Shown here piece by piece: positions 59,299 through 64,000 of a stretch of 64,000 nt of DNA (positions are counted from its first letter, which is position 1; every line of letters starts with the position of its first letter). The DNA lies in NCBI GenBank assembly GCA_049999805.1, contig JBNGIO010006373.1, forward strand, positions 217,172 through 281,171. The letters run 5' to 3'. Source of the stretch: Folioceros fuciformis. Taxonomy: Eukaryota. Under the pieces are notes generated by a model. That model was not told the origin of the DNA. It searched no databases and saw nothing but the letters and a program-made list of their open reading frames with translations. A program made the translations under genes and the position numbers.

Positions 59299-62200
59299 TC
59301 AACAAATTCCCGGATGTGCTACTAGAATAGTCCGCCTCAACGATTGTAATGAACTCTCCAAAGTCTTCTGGCCTTCGACAGCTGGAAGCAAGTTGGCAAC
59401 CCCAACCCAAAACAGTGAGAGACAACATTGCAGAGCTTACCAACAGCGAACAAACCAAGCAAACGATCTCACAAAAAAGTCTAATGCCGCTTACCAGTAA
59501 GCAGAGCCTTGAACTCTCTAGAGAAGTCATCGGAACGAAGTGGAAGAGGGGTTACATTACAGGTTCGCCATAGGCAAATTTCCAAACACAAAGACTTCTC
59601 CAAAATGCTGAGGAGTATACAGCAGAAGTCTTGCACGTGTCCCTCCGTTGCTCTCCCAGCCTTGTTAGTAAATACATCAATAACCACAGACATGGCCTGA
59701 TCCTGAGAACAAAACATCACCAGCACTGTCAATGAAGAGCAATTTGTCCTTTCATACATATGAATATACCTTGCGAAGAACCACAGCCGTACTAACTGGA
59801 AGGTCACTCACTTGCAGGTTGTGCAGAATATCTGGAGCTGGTAGTTCTGGAAAGTGAACTACATCAAGGGGTCCACCGGACGACACTCTTGAAACAGCCT
59901 GCTGCACTTGCTTGCACAAGAACCTAAGCAACAAAGCTGCTAATTTATATACCTCCATGGCAACCAGATCCGAATACTCCGAACATGGCACCTGGATGCC
60001 GCCAGAACTATAACTCTTTGCTAGGATCCCTGAAGATGATGGGCTGCATGACAATCGAAGCGGTGAAGACGTTTTTGAAGGCGATGGGCTGCGAGAGCCA
60101 GAAGCACGAGAAGGAGTCTCACTTACTACAGAACCTCTTGCAGCAACTGCAAACCAGGCACAGCTGCTACCTATAATGGATGGTCTGCTCTGAGCAACTT
60201 TTTCTTCCTTAAGCACAGGGCAGCAACTGACACTTGCATCCCCTCGATGAATTCCAGGCCTGGTGAAACCTTCCTTTGCAATAAATGCTAAAAGATGAAT
60301 GGTCACCTCCCCGTACTGCGACAGTGAGTCCTGAGAGAAATGAAACCACAGTGACTGATGATTTGAAAGTTCACAAAGTAGGGAAACCACTCTCTGGGTC
60401 TCTTCCAGTGCACGAAGACTAGTATGTGGGTGTTGAACTTTGGCCTTCTTCCTGCCCTGTGCATCCATAGAAGATATTGGAGAGCAGAGTGCAGACAACA
60501 TATTGTCCTTCTCATATCCTAAATATGTCAAAGCTCGCTCTGCAATGTCCTCACTAGCACATGACCGCATTAATGCCGTCACTACTGATACACTCAAACC
60601 CCAGAGTCCTTCCTGACCTCTCTTCTGTTTATGCCACACAGCAAAGGGACCCTCTATGTATGTGCTGGAAGCAGCACTGACTCGTAGTTGCTCACTCAGA
60701 TGCATAAGATATGAGAAAATGCCTGACGATACCAGCAGCTCTCCACCAGGCCTTGTGTAAGAGAACGATAAGCAGGTGTTCAGCATCAACTTCAAGTATT
60801 CCGGGCCCTTGTCCAGCCGCATTCGAGACAAGGCAAGTTGCACAGGGAAATTGTTTTGCACAATAGGAAGCCATCGTGGCGGTGCCAGGAAACCTTTAAT
60901 GAGCAGATTAACCCCAGCTAGTGCGATGCTCACATAGTCTTCATTCTCAACTGCAGCGCATAACAGAGGTAAGAACCCTAGGCCCACAAGCGTGACATCT
61001 GCAAAGGTGTCGCCTATTGATTCAGCTCCTTGCGATTCCTGCTTCTCTGGTTCTTCAGTGCTAGACATATAAATCCTATTCAATGCCAGTACAAAACTAC
61101 TGCACAAGCTGATCACGAGCCCTTTGGTCAGCTGGGACAAAGTCTGAACCCCTAGCACGAGCTTCAGGCATGCTACAACTGTCCGGATGACCCTAGCACA
61201 GAGACCCAGGTGCTTCCTCGACATAGACGAAGCACCCGCATTGCGATTGCAAAGCCATCGAACTAACTCTAGAAGTAGTTCCGCTTGTGCAGAGATGAAG
61301 CTTGGCATATAACCTGTTTGATCCCCCAAAGGTACTACACCTACCACTGCGACTTCTATGTCTTTACAAAGAGTGTCAATGCCAGATTCCACATCAGATT
61401 CACTCCACGTCTGATTTCTTATCGTAGATCCACCATGGATCTGCACAACCACAGCTTTCACTGTCATTCAAGAACTTATAGCACCGGAAAACTTTATCCT
61501 CTAATAAACAGCACAAGATGACAGACATCCAAGACGCCAGACGAAGTTCCAGAATGAAGTTGTAAGTACCAATTGCTTGTCAAAAATGGTGACAGTGAGT
61601 AACATTGAGAATGCCCTCAAAGCAGCCAGCTGTGCATCACCCAATGCAGCCATTTCATTAGCGTGCCTCATGGAGCGCAATGTATTCTCTGCCTCAGATG
61701 GTGGCAGAACTTGGGGGCCGTCCGATTGGGGCCACCACTCATACCCCAACTCACTCTCTAAAGCGAAGGTATTGTACAGAAAGCTGTCCCCATATGCAGG
61801 ATATAAATATGCCATTCGTTGCTCTGAATTCGGGTTCAGTAAAATATCAAACTCATTGTTCCTCAAATAATCTGCAATCTGTCGGAATGGCCCTGCTGGT
61901 ATTGGTCGTCTCACAAGGTCACCTTGAAGGTGATGATACAGGTCACTCATGAGCATAGTTTGCAGTTGCTCACCATAGCTGAGAACAAACAATAGAGGAA
62001 CTTCAGTGATGGACAGAAGCTCCCGACATTTTCCTTTCTGAACTTCAAATGTTTAGCAATGTAAGTAAAAACCTGTTGAAGGACAATACCTATATCCTCG
62101 AGCAGAATACTGGCCTAAAAGTTCAACAAAAGGGGGAAGCTGGAAGACCTATGAGAAACAACACGAACTTATGTCAGATCCTTGAAAACTGTCAACAAGC

Positions 62201-64000
62201 CTTCAGAACATGTTCAGCCAAGTAACGCATACCTGCATCGCTGCCTGTCTTATCCTCCCAGCCAGGGAGGAACTTAGTCCCCTGTCAGTACCAGATAGAA
62301 TTTTACTCATTAATCCCACAACCATGACTCTTGTATCATCCTGCATACAGCAGAAAACAAGTAGCACACACCCCTGATTGTTAGCACAGGCAAGTCACGT
62401 GGACAGGACGTCACTAAATAGGCAACAAGGGCCAGTACATCCCGACAGCATATAATGAGCGAGTTTTAGTACCTTAGCATGTTGGATAGCATCTTTATCA
62501 AACAAAGTACCCGAATAGACATGCAACATGTTTCTGGTCTCCAAAAGGCCACGCCATTGTTTAATAACATCCACAGCACCAGACTCCTTGCTGACAAAGG
62601 GTTTATTGTTGGTCTTGTTCTTCTCCTGACTCTCATCGGCCGTTTTTTCACTTTTGGAATCAGCGAGATACAGAAGGTGCTGCTGTAAGAAAATATCGTG
62701 CGCCAAAAGGTTAAATACAGTAGCCTCACACCGATAAAGGTGAGCATAGGAGAATGTTTCCTGGTTACTCATGCAGGCCCTAAAGGGCTCCCCGGAATCT
62801 ATTCCGACAATGAGGTTGGACAAGGGTGTGTTTGAGCAACTGGACGAAACACAGCCAGCCAGAATCTTCCAGAATCCTTCACGAGTCCTAAGATTCTCTA
62901 TCACATGGAAATACTCCATGCCACCTTGCCAAAATGAGGCCATCAAGTGGAGTACATGGGCTAATATCTTGGGGCGGCTGCAAGCACGCAGAGTATCCAG
63001 GCTATTAACCGCAACAAAAGCACCATGATAACAAACATCAAAATGCAGACTAATGCGACATACCTATGTAACAGAGTCGCAGCTTTCGCCAGGTAGCCCC
63101 ATAGCACATGAAGAACCTCACAATTGTCAAGAGAAAACTGCATATTGGATTTCAGATCCCTTTGGGAAGACAGCAGGGGTCCTTGCACCCCAGCAGAACC
63201 TGATCTGTCCTTCGAAGGCTCTGAAGGGAAGATCAAGAACTCCACCAGTGCAGGCTGAACAAGTGGAATTATAAGTGAAGAACGGTACACTAAATTCCTA
63301 TCATGAATCGGCTTGCGGGCTGAAAATTCACTTCAAAGATTCTCAACTATGATAAGCGAGGACTTCCAGTCATATTCTCAACTACCTCAAATACTGGGTA
63401 AAATACCTGAAATCTTATAGCGGTCGCAACCAAATCAGAAACAGCTTCAAACAGTGGATAGTTAGAGTATGCGTTTTCCTCAGCCAACAATTTGGCAACC
63501 ATAAACCTAAGCGGTTTCCGCTGCAAAAGACAAACTAGTCATATCAGAAAAGCAGAATATTATGTGCTGGTGAAAGGTGAAGATCGGGGGTAATCAAATT
63601 GCCAGTTCGACCAAGTAATTGCAAACCTGTTCAGCCAGTATGTAGGTTGCTATACTTATGGGATGAGGGCGTGCCATGTGAGACGACATACAGAGGCTAG
63701 TCAATGCCTTTGCACTGGCCAATTGAAGGTCCTGTCACCACCATACATGCTAAAGTCAGAGAGCCCCGAAGATCAGGTCACCAGTTGCTCTAGAAAGGTA
63801 ATTATTGCTTCTCAATTGCTCACCACATTGCGAGGGAAGTCTAAGTATGACGCTATGACTGCCACAACAGGCATCGGACCAGCAGCACGGCGAAAGAGCG
63901 TATGCCACAACATCGACAAGCCCGGATGATCCTAGATTCCAAAACAGAACGTTGTTCAAACATTCAAACTACAGACTACTAGCAGAAGATAGCTGCTCCA
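59299..64000 (-). CDS. NUP188: Nucleoporin NUP188-like protein, 3' portion (gene starts beyond the window)
   Basis: Large alpha-solenoid-like exons (ORFs 62395-62946, 61501-61992, 59752-61467): YGEQLQTMLMSDLYHHLQG, HFPELPAPDILHNLQ-DQAM, LEKSLCLEICL. Last exon AVEGQKTLESSLQSLRRTILVAHPGIC* resembles the plant NUP188 C-terminus as recalled. Confidence 0.75.

Overview
Gene-dense, intron-rich nuclear DNA from a non-seed land plant. Very short GT-AG introns and DYW:KP/GRP-type PPR editing factors point to a hornwort (Anthoceros-like); this is an inference. Gene order: TMC-like channel (-), intronless PLS-PPR DYW:KP gene 1 (+), NOG1 GTPase (-), PLS-PPR DYW:KP gene 2 (+), midasin/MDN1 (+, about 24.5 kb), UMAMIT/WAT1-like transporter (+), ASCL-type type III PKS (-), a degenerate unknown ORF region, a PPR pseudogene, a repeat-rich TE-like segment, a small orphan gene, CCDC22 (+), ARL8 (+) and the 3' part of NUP188 (-). 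The most notable observation concerns the two candidate reverse (U-to-C) organellar RNA editing factors. Both carry an N-terminal Trp-rich module closely resembling the ssDNA-binding PDF motif of organellar OSB proteins; it is duplicated in gene 1 and persists in a pseudogene 32 kb downstream of gene 2. An animal-type TMC channel gene with a long repetitive N-terminus is also present. Exon boundaries were read by eye; no database searches were run.
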